Below, one piece after another: positions 19,380 through 30,716 of a stretch of DNA of 64,000 nucleotides. The position numbers were made by a program, and so were the translations under genes. The first letter of the stretch is position 1, and each line of letters begins with the position of its first letter. Origin of the DNA: Porphyridium purpureum (lineage: Eukaryota); NCBI GenBank assembly GCA_008690995.1, contig VRMN01000010.1, forward strand, positions 620,001 to 684,000. The letters run 5' to 3'. The notes below the pieces were generated by a model, which did no database searches, was not told the origin of the DNA, and saw nothing but the letters and a program-made list of their open reading frames with translations.

Positions 19380-21340
19380 ATCTGGCGGAAGCAATCGGAG
19401 GTGCGAAACTTATGTCAAGAATTAAGAGCTGTGAACACGAAGTTGTGTCTGATATCTGCTCACTGAAGAGACGAATGAGTGGGTTGACGGTATTCGAGGG
19501 GTCTCTCCTCTTCAAAAGCTCATGAATGGTGAGCACTGTTAGTTCACGCGGACGCACAGTGCGCCCATTTTGTTTGAGCACATCGGGTGGAAGGACTAAA
19601 TGCGCAACGAGGCCGTCAATACAAGCCTGCAACTGGAGTGGCAAAGCTGACACGCTGACGGGCAAGTTGCTCCCTGCGCACGCTCTCTCTAGAATGCGAT
19701 TTACATAGCGCCAAGACGTGAGTGCCTCGCATTGGCGCTTGTTCTTCACATCTTACAATCACAGATGTCGTATCGGGGGAAGACTGCTGGCTAGTGGGCC
19801 CGCCCCGCCACATGCGTTATCTTCTATCGAGTGTGGCCGGTGGCCGCGCAAAGTTTTCTGGGACTTTCGCTTCCCACCACACGCGGCCTCGCTCCGCTGC
19901 ATACCGGGCTGCCGGTAGACGGCTGGTAATCAACTACTCGAGCTTCTTATTCTGGTCTTCAAGAAGCTCTTTGACGCCCGCCTGGGTGGCACGTGGCGCA
20001 GCCAAATCCTCGGCCCGCAAGAACTCTCGCAACTTTTCGAATAAATTTCCGCCTTCGCCGCCGCCCGCTTCGAGCATTTCAATTTTTGCAAAAATGCGCA
20101 CATTTGCCGGAATTCCGGTTGCCTGCGCTAAGTTCTGAGCCAGAGAGTTCCGCTTCGTGCCCAACACGAAAGCATCGAGCTCTTGGACCAAAGCTTCTTG
20201 ATTAAGTGCGGAAAGCCGGTTGGGATGCGTTGTTGGAAATGCTCCGGTGAGAAAAGTGTGGTGGTAGACGATCGAAACCACGCAGTGCAGAAGAAAAGAT
20301 TGGAGGCGGGAGCTGCAATGATGAGACCAGGGAAAGCAAAGAGCAAGTGCACGTTTTACTGAAGGACTATTAAGTATCTATTCAGTGAAATACGGCGCCA
20401 CTTGTGTGCATTCGGCTGGGTCATGTGCAGTCCAGGCACCACTCTTCCAACAGCTTGGTCTCCACGTAATGCAAACTTCACGTACACCTCTTTGGGACCG
20501 GCGATGCGCCATCCGTCGCGCAAGAACACGGCCATCAGCGGAGGGCCATCTTCCGTATCCGACGCACAGTGCGTCGTTGCACCTTTTCTGCCGGAATGAA
20601 TCCCGAAATCTGATATTTCGTGCCCGAGCGTCGCCAGCTCCAGCCGCAGGCCCTCGCATGGCTTCCGTATAGCCACGCGTTGGGTATTGGCCATGTTGAG
20701 AGAGCCAATAAAGACATTACGCTTGTTCGACCTCGGCTTGACCGATTGAGATAGCGCCAGCTCCACATTGGATATCCACACGGGTTTGCTGGGTTGCTGT
20801 ACACGTGCTTTTCGTGCTTCGCACCCATTGTTTCCTTCTAGGTCGTTCTTGGAGTGCGAAAACTTCACAAGTAGGGCGTCTTTCGACCATGTCATGTGGT
20901 TTGACCCAACCAGTCGAGTGTCCTCGCTGCGGCAGAAAAAAGATTAGAAGAGGGCATGAAATGCAAGTGCAAAAAGACTGGGAGAGATAGAAGAATTGCC
21001 GAGGAGAAATGCTTTACATACAAGAACATAAGTAGAGTATGTAAACGCACATTTTCCCGGTTCTTCGCTCCCTTCTTCCGCCCGCTCGCGTGCTATACCA
21101 CGCCGATAAGCTTGGACCACATTTTTGATCAGCAATCTTCTCTTGAAGTTAGGCATCCTCTCGCCAGTGTTCGAGAACAGATTAAACACGGCAGAAAGCG
21201 CACTCTTTTGTGACCGTGGAGCTTGCGCCGCCCGGTTCAACCAACATTTGGTAAATATTGACACTATCTCCTCTATCAGACAGTCAAGCAGCTGCACAGA
21301 ACGGCTATTCGCTGACGATACGGGCGACAAGAGCAAATTG
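19380..21340 (-). pseudogene. Crypton-like (CryptonS-type) tyrosine-recombinase transposon gene, fragmented
   Basis: Successive fragments SALSAVFNLF..YRRGIA..GKCAFTYSTY..LC; WSKDALLVKFSHSKNDLEG; KHVYSNPANP; FGIHSGRKGATT..GPP..V.LR.GW..Y..GDQAVGRV..GL; IVYH..HP..ATGIPANV. Several frameshifts and stops; ends not defined. Confidence 0.75.
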
Positions 21341-22499
21341 ATCAGCTATGACTGTTCTGCCGAATTTGGCAGCCATCCAATGCCAATGTCTTCATTATAA
21401 TGCGCGAGCACATGCCTCATAAACTTGCGCTAACAGGGCAGGTATGTTTTGCGAAACCCTGCGTTAATATGGCCGCGCGCTAGCTCCGCAACCGTTGCGC
21501 TCGCGCGCTCATGCCGCACAGCCTCCGCAAATCCATCCATTATTCGAATCTGGCTCGACGGCGAGCACGCGAGCGCCGGCACAGTTCAGCGCCATCGGTT
21601 AAGCGGTGTATCAAAGAGCGTACGTAAAAAGGGATCATTCCGGTATAAGAAAAGGTGCCAAAACAAGTGGCACGTTTCCGCGTCTATTACTGGGTAACTT
21701 GTACTACCAATAATTTTACCTATTGTTTTATACAAAGTTAAAATTGACATAAACACAAAATGTCCCGGTCTCACTGGCGCCTTTATCCTGAATAAATGGT
21801 CTAAATTGAGACGAAACGTAGTAAATCTTCAATTATTTGAATTGGCATGGTTGAAGCTTGTGTGCACCCACGACGTAACTGCTTGCCCAACTAAACCGGG
21901 TTTACTGTGTCTGTGTCTATTCTTATCGTTCTCTCTCTGGACGAGCTTGCGGCCCGCGCGACGCTCCATATATAGACTTTCTCCGAGACCGTTACAGGAA
22001 TGCAACATAAGCAACAGGCGGTGCGTGCGACCCCAATGGTCTTCGCGAAGCTGGTGACAGCGTGACTTCGGATGCTCGCGTACGAATGTCACGCGTCCAT
22101 CGCTCTCCGAAACCTTGTTTCAGAACGGTTAATCGGCTCAAACGCCGCTTGCACAAGGATGTCCGTACCGAAAACCCAAGTCACCACGGTTACAAACTCG
22201 GTCCGGCGGCAAATCAGCTAAAACCGTGACATCCCGTAACCGTTTCGACGACTAAATGGTTCGTTTTATCCACGATTGGTCAAATTCTATAAATGAACTC
22301 AATTCAGAGTAACCCTACAAAATAACCCGCATTGCTGAGCTCCCATGCGCACTTGTGCGCACCGTAAAGCACCCAGCGCGAAATTCGCTTAATTCGATAA
22401 TCTACGTTGGTAGGATCAACATTTTCGAAACGGCACCTTCTGCCGCTTCTATCTTCTCTTCTTCGAGCGCGAATGCTAGTAACCTAGTCTCTTTGAGAG

Positions 22500-25033
22500 A
22501 TCTTTTGCGCGCACGTCTCCATGTTCGGCGGCCTGGCGATGCGAGGCAATTGCCGCGTGTTTGTTCTCAAGTAGACCTTCCTACTCATTTGCGTGACAAG
22601 CGCCCAATATACTGCACCTGCGTGTCTCCCTGTTCCACGTCCTGGCGGTGCGAGAGAACAACCGCGTGTCTGTTCTCTGGCAAACCGCTGCAATGATTCG
22701 CGAAACAAGCGCCCAACGTATTTTGCGCCTCCGCGTGTTCTGTTCTGCGACCTGGCCGTAACGAATCAGCGCTTTCGTGAACTTCAGGTTGGTGAACTCC
22801 TCGGTCTGACCCCCGAGAAAGGCGATCTGCGGCGTTGTGGCACGGTTACCGCTCTTCGGCCTCTGTCTTTTCGAGCAATGTCGACTCGTCCCGACTGCCG
22901 AGCTTCGCGGTCCTTGTATGACACTCTTTCGCAAGGCTCGAAGTCTGTGGCACTCCCAGCCCAGAGTGGTGGCAGCGGCCATACGCAATCACAGGGTCCG
23001 TGTGTCCCGTCTCAGCAGCTCCGCTCACCCAACCTGCGCCATGCTCCGAGTGCTGGCATATGCCATGCAAGCCATCGAGCAAAGTCTTGCCCAGCCGCAA
23101 TTGGCCTTCCGCAATAAGTACTTATGCTACTGGCCTAAAATACTCGTACGCGCACGCCGTATTCCCCTCTTTCTCCCATTCTTTGGCGAAACGGAGCTCA
23201 CCATCAGCACTCTGCACTTCTGCCTGCACAGCCCGGGATCCACGTGGCCCCACCGCGCCACCTCCGGTGCTTGATGATGGGACTGCTGCCGCACCATGCG
23301 CCACCGTGACGTGCGAACTGTTTCCTGTCACCGCATCAACCCTTGCCATGCAGGCGCAGGAAGGAGACGCAGCATGCGGGGGATCTGTGACTTTGCAGCC
23401 GATGTGCCCCCCTCCTTATCCATACGCTCATAAAACTCAAGCCAAATATCAGCTACACTCGGGCGCTCGGGGTTATTCTGCAGACATGCGCTGGCTATTT
23501 TCACAACCGAGGCCGGCCATGTTTTGCATACTCTCACGTGTTCAATTGGTCCCACGTCATACCTCACTTTGGGTCTTCGAGAACATTTAAAAGTTCGCCA
23601 AGCATGTGCTTCCAAACATCGGCTCGCCAAGCATCATTTCAAACTTCATGACGCAGTACGACCGCACATCGCGGGAGCGGTTTTACTGGTCACCACGGCA
23701 AGCATCGGGTGCCATGCAGCCGATTCTAGAAAGCTAGCCGATTGTACCAAGCCGTCCGCTTGCAAAAGAAACGAATTCTTCACCGCAGACAGCCCGATAT
23801 TGCCAATCTTTTGAGTCCAGTCATCCATGAGAACGACACTTTGGGCTTTCGTATCGCAACGGATCATCTTGTTTTTGTGCAAATACTTCAAGCCATCCAT
23901 TATGCGTCGAGATTTTCTGAGCAATCGCTCGCGAGGTAGGACGCTGCTTCTGCTGTCATGGAACATGTACTGTTCAAGTGAGCTGTTTGGGGCAAACTCG
24001 AGCACGATAGACAGGCATTCATGTTCATAAGCTTTCACTCGGTCCTCATGTAAAACCCGCCGAGCGTCTGTGCGACGATTTCGTGAGAAAGCCTCCAAAT
24101 GACGCAGACCTCCTTTCTCAGCTCACGCAGCGTCTTTTTGCCTTTCGACTTGATCTCTTTGATGCTTATTTCTTGCCCCATGAACTTACCCATGATCACG
24201 TTCCCAGAGCCACCGTCGCCAAGCGGAAGGAAACGTTCCCTCTTTCTCTTACCATTCTTATGCTTCTCAGCAAGTCTTGCCTCAATGTACAAAGGGTCAC
24301 TTTCGTCGGGCTCAACCGAAGCGCCCCCGGCATTCGCCGCACGTAAGTACGAACTTGTATATTTCACTTCCATGCTGTGCATACCGAGCACCGCGCCTTT
24401 TTCCGGGTGAGATCGAAGCTTTTTCTCAAGTGCCACTATATCGCGCCGCCTGTCCTCTTCAAGAGCGCGAGCCATCTCGTACCGGGCGGCTTCCAACTTG
24501 AGGAGGGGCGCCTTCCAATTTACCGATCGCATTTTGGTACTTTTCCTCATGGTCGTGCGCCAGATTGAATATATGATGATACGCGACAATCCTGTCTCGA
24601 GTTCGACGAGGCGTGCTTCACAAATTATGAAATCGCCCTGAAAATGTTTCGCCGCCAAGGCGCGCAACGCCTTTTCGGTCCACTTCTCCACACTGGAAGA
24701 TCGCTTCACAAGCGTGCATGCAAACTGCAGTTCAGACTCCAGCTGGCTTAAACACTCAATCATGCCAGTGTCCGTCACATCGTGCGCACCATTGACACGT
24801 TTTCCGTCATTCGTGCCAAAATACGCACACAGAATGGTCGAAATGCTTGTTGCCCTCTCGGCAAGCTTCGCACAAGATGCATGGTTCGCCTGTGCAGCCT
24901 TCGCGTGGTCGACAAGAAGCTTGGTGACCGCGTAAGCGACCGCCACGTATGGTAGTATAGGCCCGACATCATTGGCTACTAAGCCAGCCACTTCGACACA
25001 ATCTCGAACGCAAAGTTTTTTTGCCTTCGCCAT
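22500..25033 (-). pseudogene. MLKL-N-like four-helix bundle + TKL-type kinase + Sel1-like repeats, disrupted
   Basis: AQANHASCAKLAERATSI..LSQLESEL N-terminus; LGDGGSGNV..IKEI..EV; frameshift near 24040; IMDGLKYLH..RCDTK..KIGNIGLS; downstream AEGQLRLG, AYGRCHHSGLGVPQ, AEAQNTLGACF with stops. Confidence 0.7.
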
Positions 25034-26141
25034 GTTTTCTGTCTGCGCGTGCTCGTCTCACTAGATCGACAGCACCGGAACGCGATCACGCACAACTTAC
25101 CACAAACGGCGTACGCAAACAACGCACGAAGAAGTGACGCAAGTGTGAGGACAACAGACGACTCCTACTTACCACACCGCACGTGCTTCCCTTCCTTCAC
25201 TGTTCGCCTCTTCCCCCTTGGTGACTGATGTACCCAAGGGGCAAAGACCAGTCTTCCAAGTAGCTCTGGTGAACTCAACATGTCTGTACAGATACAAAAA
25301 TCCTCTGCGAAAAGACACGAGTACGGCTTGTGCTGAGACAGAATACTCATATAGCGATAGCGTTTTGTGCGTCAAACTGCGCGCCGCCCGACACACAAAG
25401 TGCGCGCCGCTACCCTGACCGTACAACTAATTTGCTCATTCCACGTACGTAGTTGGAAAGCAAAATTGTTCTCTCATCTTCTTTCCAATGTCCAAGAACC
25501 TGCCTCAGTTCCTCCTTTGCACCGCGAACACCCTTGCGCACGACGTTCGTTTTCACTACACTTTGAATTTCGACGCGATTCGGACCCAGTTTCTATCTCA
25601 CGGCAGGGCCAATTTTGTAGTAAGAATTGTGCGAGCGTTGGCAGGCGCGCCTCATGTCGACGTGGCGCGGATTTGCGAATTTTGCGAAGATTGAGATAGT
25701 CGTGTGCGGCGTTGTGCTTACCACTTGGAGCATAAACGCATGAGATGTGAAGGCGCAGTCTTGACACTTAGCGTGCGAGTATTCCAATGAGTTCTAGCAT
25801 AAACACAAAAGGTGCCGGTCCCACTGGCTCATTTAAACTTGAAGAACGGGCAAATTTGGCATGAAACGTGACAAGGTAGCGGTAGTCCTCGACTGCCGCC
25901 CAAAAGAGAAAAAAATCAGAGTGTCGATTAAAGTATACTCGTCGGAATTGCGTAAGTCATGTAGTCGCGCATTCTCACAACAAGTGAAACGCACTCGGCT
26001 TGTGCCCGCGCGAGACGCTTTGCACCTTTTCCGAGCGTCAAGTACTGAAACACGCGAATCTGCGAATATTCAGAATGCGCACATGTGACGTCACGTCGAG
26101 CACATTGACACAGGATTGTAATCAAATTCGTCTTAGTGGCG

Positions 26142-27629
26142 TCACAGACGATTCTGCAAATCCGTGCCCAGAGGCAACGCGCCTGACTTTTTGAAGCTAC
26201 GCATTTTTGGCGGTGTTATACTTCTGGGTAACTTACCCTCGGACAATTTCCATGCATCAATCAAAATTTTCTCGTGGACGCGCGAGCTCGGCTCCGACCA
26301 CACCATGTCGCGTGCATGGTCATCCATGAGTTTGACTCTTCGGGCGAGGTCTTCAGGCTCGTTCTGAACCATCTCGCGCAAATACCGGATGACACGCACC
26401 GGGTCCTCGCGGAACTCTGGACCACTAAACACGAGCGCAATGTCCTTCCAAGGGAAATCAAAATGAGTCATACACTCGTACAACAAGTCGTGCTTTTCAT
26501 CTTCGACCAAAAGGACCGGAATGGAGCGAGCGGCTATTGAATTGTAAAGCGTATCACTTTCCGGGTTATCTCCAGCCAGAAGGAGCGAAAAGTGCGAGCG
26601 TTCCGTGATGCGATGAGCGACCACCCTGGAAAATCCCAACGGTTGAATACATCGATCGGCGGTCCATTTCGGAAGTGGAAGACTACTTCCGACCAAAGCA
26701 GTCGATTCATAGATCTTCGAGTATATTTCAAACTCTGTCAGATTGCAGTCTGGAATTCTTGGATATCGAGTCCGCTGTTCTCCATCCATCAATTTGACGC
26801 TCAGAAAAACATCATCAGATGCCTTTTCAGTGTCTCCGTCACGCTTTGTAAAGAGGGCCTTCCGATTGAGCCGTGGAAGTACTTTGCTTCCATTGAAATA
26901 CCTGTTCAAATCCATCCACCGGACCACCAAATCCCGTGGCGATTTTGCGCTGTTCGCATAATTCCATTCTGAAAAGTATCCAGAGGCGTTTCGACTCTCT
27001 GCTGTCATCGCCGCGTAGTTGTCCAAAAATCCGACGACAAAAAGATTACTATATGCTCCCAATCTGTCCCGAGTGTACGAGCCGATTAACATTTTATGCC
27101 CGAGGTAAGGAAGCATAATTTTCTTCTTTTGCCACTGGGGCATGAGGACAAGGTGATCACTACCTTTGCGTCTGGTGAACCACGTACTCTTTCCAAGGTA
27201 CTCATTCATTTGGATCAGACCTTCTGATATATTCACAGTGCACTTCCGATAAGCCAAGGTGCTAAGTAGCACGGGCACGACAAACAACTTGGCATCTTGT
27301 GGCTGGCTTGTCCTCCATGGATGATTCTGAAGCCGCTCCACAAACAAGATGTCGATTGAGTGCTTGTAACTCCAGATCGCCTTCTTGCACGTTGAATAAG
27401 CCAGAAAGTGGTCAGGCTCGTACATGAAAAATGGGACCGTCACGCCCGCGCTTTGCGTCTGGAGGCCGTTTCCTACGACCTGGTCTTTCTCCGCTCCCTG
27501 AAGAGCGTCAAATGAGTTCCATTGCGAACGGCCGGCAAAGTCGCTCGGACGGCGCTCCGCTTGAGCCGCCAGCACCGCACCGAAGACGAGCGCGATTGCC
27601 GCTGCAGTTCCTAAAGGACCTTGAAACAT
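26142..27629 (-). CDS. Exostosin / GT47 glycosyltransferase
   Basis: N-terminal hydrophobic segment; HPWRTSQPQDAKLFVVPV, KGSDHLVL, SHFSLLLAGDNP..LYNSI..SIPVL, FPW. Confidence 0.88.
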   Translation of the reverse strand: MFQGPLGTAAAIALVFGAVLAAQAERRPSDFAGRSQWNSFDALQGAEKDQVVGNGLQTQSAGVTVPFFMYEPDHFLAYSTCKKAIWSYKHSIDILFVERLQNHPWRTSQPQDAKLFVVPVLLSTLAYRKCTVNISEGLIQMNEYLGKSTWFTRRKGSDHLVLMPQWQKKKIMLPYLGHKMLIGSYTRDRLGAYSNLFVVGFLDNYAAMTAESRNASGYFSEWNYANSAKSPRDLVVRWMDLNRYFNGSKVLPRLNRKALFTKRDGDTEKASDDVFLSVKLMDGEQRTRYPRIPDCNLTEFEIYSKIYESTALVGSSLPLPKWTADRCIQPLGFSRVVAHRITERSHFSLLLAGDNPESDTLYNSIAARSIPVLLVEDEKHDLLYECMTHFDFPWKDIALVFSGPEFREDPVRVIRYLREMVQNEPEDLARRVKLMDDHARDMVWSEPSSRVHEKILIDAWKLSEGKLPRSITPPKMRSFKKSGALPLGTDLQNRL

Positions 27630-27907
27630 TTCGATAGCTCGTGCTGCGACCTACCCTGAGTACCCACGCGCCCTCGCCGATCAAGAAGCAGATCGATTGG
27701 CAGCGAGGCGCAGCTCGGGTCCGCCGACAAGCCATGGCTTGAATCCGTTCATAAAGCGCATGATTGCTTGCTTCGCAGCATTTCCTCCACAAATTTCCTC
27801 TGATTTCATTACACCAATTACTCCCTAACTGCGCCTATTCCGGCGCACGTCATGCGTCACTTGAGCTCCACGCGGTTAGTGCGCACGCTGTCCGCCGCAG
27901 AACCGAG

Positions 27908-28570
27908 CGTTGAAATGCGCGGCCAGTAGCGCGTCGGCTAACGGTTAGCGTGTGGACGTTAAGCCGTTAAACCGTTAGTCGACACGCGGTGTGGCTTGAG
28001 GCGGGAAACGGTGCGCTGCACATGGAGGGCTGGCGGCACGAGCGTGGGAGAAAGTGCCCGATGGGTTAGAAGCTGTGCGCAGCGCTCGGCGCAGGGCGCG
28101 ACCGCGGCAGGTGTCCATCGGGAGTGCGAGTTGGAAAATGGATCCGTTCAAAAACCTGATGGAATGGGTCGTTCGGCGGGACGCTTCTTTTTTTTTAGTA
28201 GCGGAGCGAGGTTTCCTGACAGAAATGTAAAAGCATGTGAATGAGAGGCGGTGCAGCGGGATGAGCTAGGCGAGCGGTGGCGCGAGGAGGAGCGCGTGGC
28301 CGCGGAAAAGGGCACCACCTGACTACCTGTCGGGACATGTAGGCGATAGCGGAATTGCCGTTGTTAAAAGTTCACGGCGCGCGGATCCAGCCCCGCCTAC
28401 TCTGTGGTCGCCTGGTTCAAAGAGTTGGGGAATAATTGTTAGGCTCCTTTTCGGAGAAGTCGGACGTATTTTCGATACAAGCCAGCATGGGATGGAATGC
28501 TCAGTAGCGAATCCTCAACCTGGAGAGGCGTCTGTAGCAGCAGAAGTGTGGGACCTCCCTGAGGATGAGG
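27908..28570 (+). mobile_element. Old truncated relative of the 2131-7917 copia (5' LTR about 27908-28221 plus gag start)
   Basis: Shares GGGAGTGCGAGTTGGAAAA, AGCGGAGCGAGGTTTCC, GAGAGGCGGTGCAGCGGG, CGTGGCCGCGGAAAAGGGCACCACCTGAC and TGGTTCAAAGAGTTGGGGAA with the reverse complement of about 7270-7917. Confidence 0.85.
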
Positions 28571-28851
28571 TACTCGGCGCCGGATAGAGAGCAGCATCGA
28601 CAGGAGGCTCTCAATGCCAGCCACTCCGCTCTCAGGTCGCGGCGCCGGTACAGGCAGCGGATCGTATCGTGGGCGTGGTGGTGGTAGTGGAAGAACGGAC
28701 GCCGCTGCCGTGTCAGTGTGACCTCAACACGATCGGTCTTGAGCGCGCCCCAGTTTGAACGTCTAACTTTGAACTTTGATATCAAAAACTCTGTACATTT
28801 TGATTTCTAAAGCATGACTATCCTTGGTTTATATGCACGTCGAGCGTCGTT

Positions 28852-29763
28852 TCACCGCGTTGCAGAACCGACGCGATCGCGTTGTTTAGCCGAATCAGCT
28901 TTGCGCATCTGCGCATGGGCCTCCGCAGTAGATGCATGATTTCCTTTCGCCTTGGTTGAGACAGCTTTCGTCGCCTGGCGGCGAATGCGTGCGCACGTCG
29001 GGCACCACGACGGTTTCCGGCCTCCCGACGTGTAGGATCGCCGGATGTTGTTTGGCGCCAGCCAGAAAGTGTGCCTTTGGTCGCACTCCCAGAGAAGCTT
29101 GCCCTGACTGCCCTTGTATTCTGTGGACAGACATTTTCCCGACAAACTATGAGCCAGCTCGTGCATATCTTGGATTGTCATCCGCAGGGTCAAAGCGCGG
29201 CAACGTGGACACCACGACCCACGCTTGACGTTGTGCGCGCTCGCATCCCACTCGTGTCCTTTCTCGCATTGCCACCGGTACCTGTGTGTGATGCCGCGAT
29301 ATATCAGAGCCGAGCAGGGCATCACCTTTCCGTTTGTCCCAATTTCAGTCGCACTACCAACAAGCTTCCCGTTTCGCTCCTCCGCCAGTTTCCACAGCGT
29401 CTCAATGGAGCCCATACGCCTTGAAAAGTTCGTCTCTGGTGCCGTCTGAATCATCAAGCACGTCGGACAGTGCCTGGCTGCAGGACATCCTGCACATTCT
29501 GCGCGCACTTTGTGCCCATACCGACAAACATACCGTACTTCGCCGCCGGTCCGCGAGGCACGTTCCCAGGCGCTCGAGGCCGGAGCTGCCGGGTCCTCGT
29601 ACCCAAACCTGATCTTGTTTAACTTGGCTTCCAAGGAGTGTTTTGCTTTCTTCGTAGTGTGGCGGTCCGTGACTGGCACCGAACCAGGACCTGCCGAATT
29701 TCTGGCCTCTCGAGCCGAAGCAGGTACTTTCCGCACCGGCGCCTGCCTCGTCTTGCCACTCAT
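28852..29763 (-). CDS. Protein with three zinc-ribbon (C..GH...CP.C) repeats
   Basis: YVCRYGH..HCPTC; WQCEKGHEWDAS..GSWCPRC; GKCLSTEY..LLWECDQRHTF..SWCPTC. Start at MSGKTRQ is inferred. Confidence 0.8.
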   Translation of the reverse strand: MSGKTRQAPVRKVPASAREARNSAGPGSVPVTDRHTTKKAKHSLEAKLNKIRFGYEDPAAPASSAWERASRTGGEVRYVCRYGHKVRAECAGCPAARHCPTCLMIQTAPETNFSRRMGSIETLWKLAEERNGKLVGSATEIGTNGKVMPCSALIYRGITHRYRWQCEKGHEWDASAHNVKRGSWCPRCRALTLRMTIQDMHELAHSLSGKCLSTEYKGSQGKLLWECDQRHTFWLAPNNIRRSYTSGGRKPSWCPTCARIRRQATKAVSTKAKGNHASTAEAHAQMRKADSAKQRDRVGSATR

Positions 29764-29974
29764 CCCATCTTCGTCTCGCTGGCTCACGTCCACGTGATTG
29801 CTTCTGGCGCTCCTCGCACGTGCCTTCGTTCTTGGCTCTTTGCGTGTACAAACCGCGGCGAGCACCGCGAAGAAAAGGACCTTGGGTGGTGACGACAAGG
29901 GCTCTGGTGCTTCCGCTTGCCTCGGTGCCCGGCTTATCGCGGTGCGACTCCGCGGCCTTGCCGGTCGCGAGTCC

Positions 29975-30473
29975 ATGTCGTCTCGCAGGAAAAAAACGAC
30001 ACCCGCTGGTGCGGCGGTGCTTCCTTCGCTCGCGCTTCTTCTGCACGCACTCAGGGGCGAGGTGATTGCACTTGAACTGGAGTCGGGCGCACTGGTGCGC
30101 GGCACGCTGGTCGAGTCGGACGCGGCAATGAAGTATGTTTGCTTTGTTCAGCTTTCCAAGCTGTTCTCCTTCCCAAGTCGCTCTACTCTGTCTTCGCACG
30201 TCGAACATGCTGGAAAGTTAGTGGAGACCACGTGAGGCTGAGAGGCCGAAAGACTGACCATGTCCGTGACTGAATCTCGACGTCTACTGCGGCAGTATTC
30301 TTGTGGAACGTGTGGAATTCAGAGACCCTCAAGGCGTTACCTCGCGTGCGGCCATGATGCAGATCCGCGCTAGGCAGGTCTACTTCTTTTCGCTTCCTAC
30401 CGATTGGGACGTGGATGCCGAACTCGCCTTGCAGGTTCGCCAACACGTGACAGGTGCCGCCGAAGGGCTGTAG
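29975..30473 (+). CDS. LSM10: Sm-like protein, LSm10/SmD1-type; exons 29975-30132 and 30296-30473
   Basis: Intron 30133-30295 GTATGT..GACTGAC..CAG. The spliced 111-aa product reads SLALLLHALRGEVIALELESGALVRGTLVESDAAMNILVERVEFRDPQG..IRARQVYFFSLPTDWD (Sm1 and Sm2 motifs). Confidence 0.7.
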
Positions 30474-30716
30474 ACTAAAACTGTGCGAAAGCTCAGGAAG
30501 AGTGTTTTACTTGTGGTTCTCTTCCACTGGTCACAATTCACAATCACAATGTCATTAAAACTTGACTTGGCCAACAGAGCGGCACCCTCACAGATCAGGC
30601 ACACGTTCATCGGTCACGTTCAGGGGAAGAGCCTGGATATCACTATTCCTTCTCGCAGTGGGGCCGGTGGTTTTCATCGCACTGGGAGAAAGAAAAACAG
30701 ACAAAAGCCTCAATGC

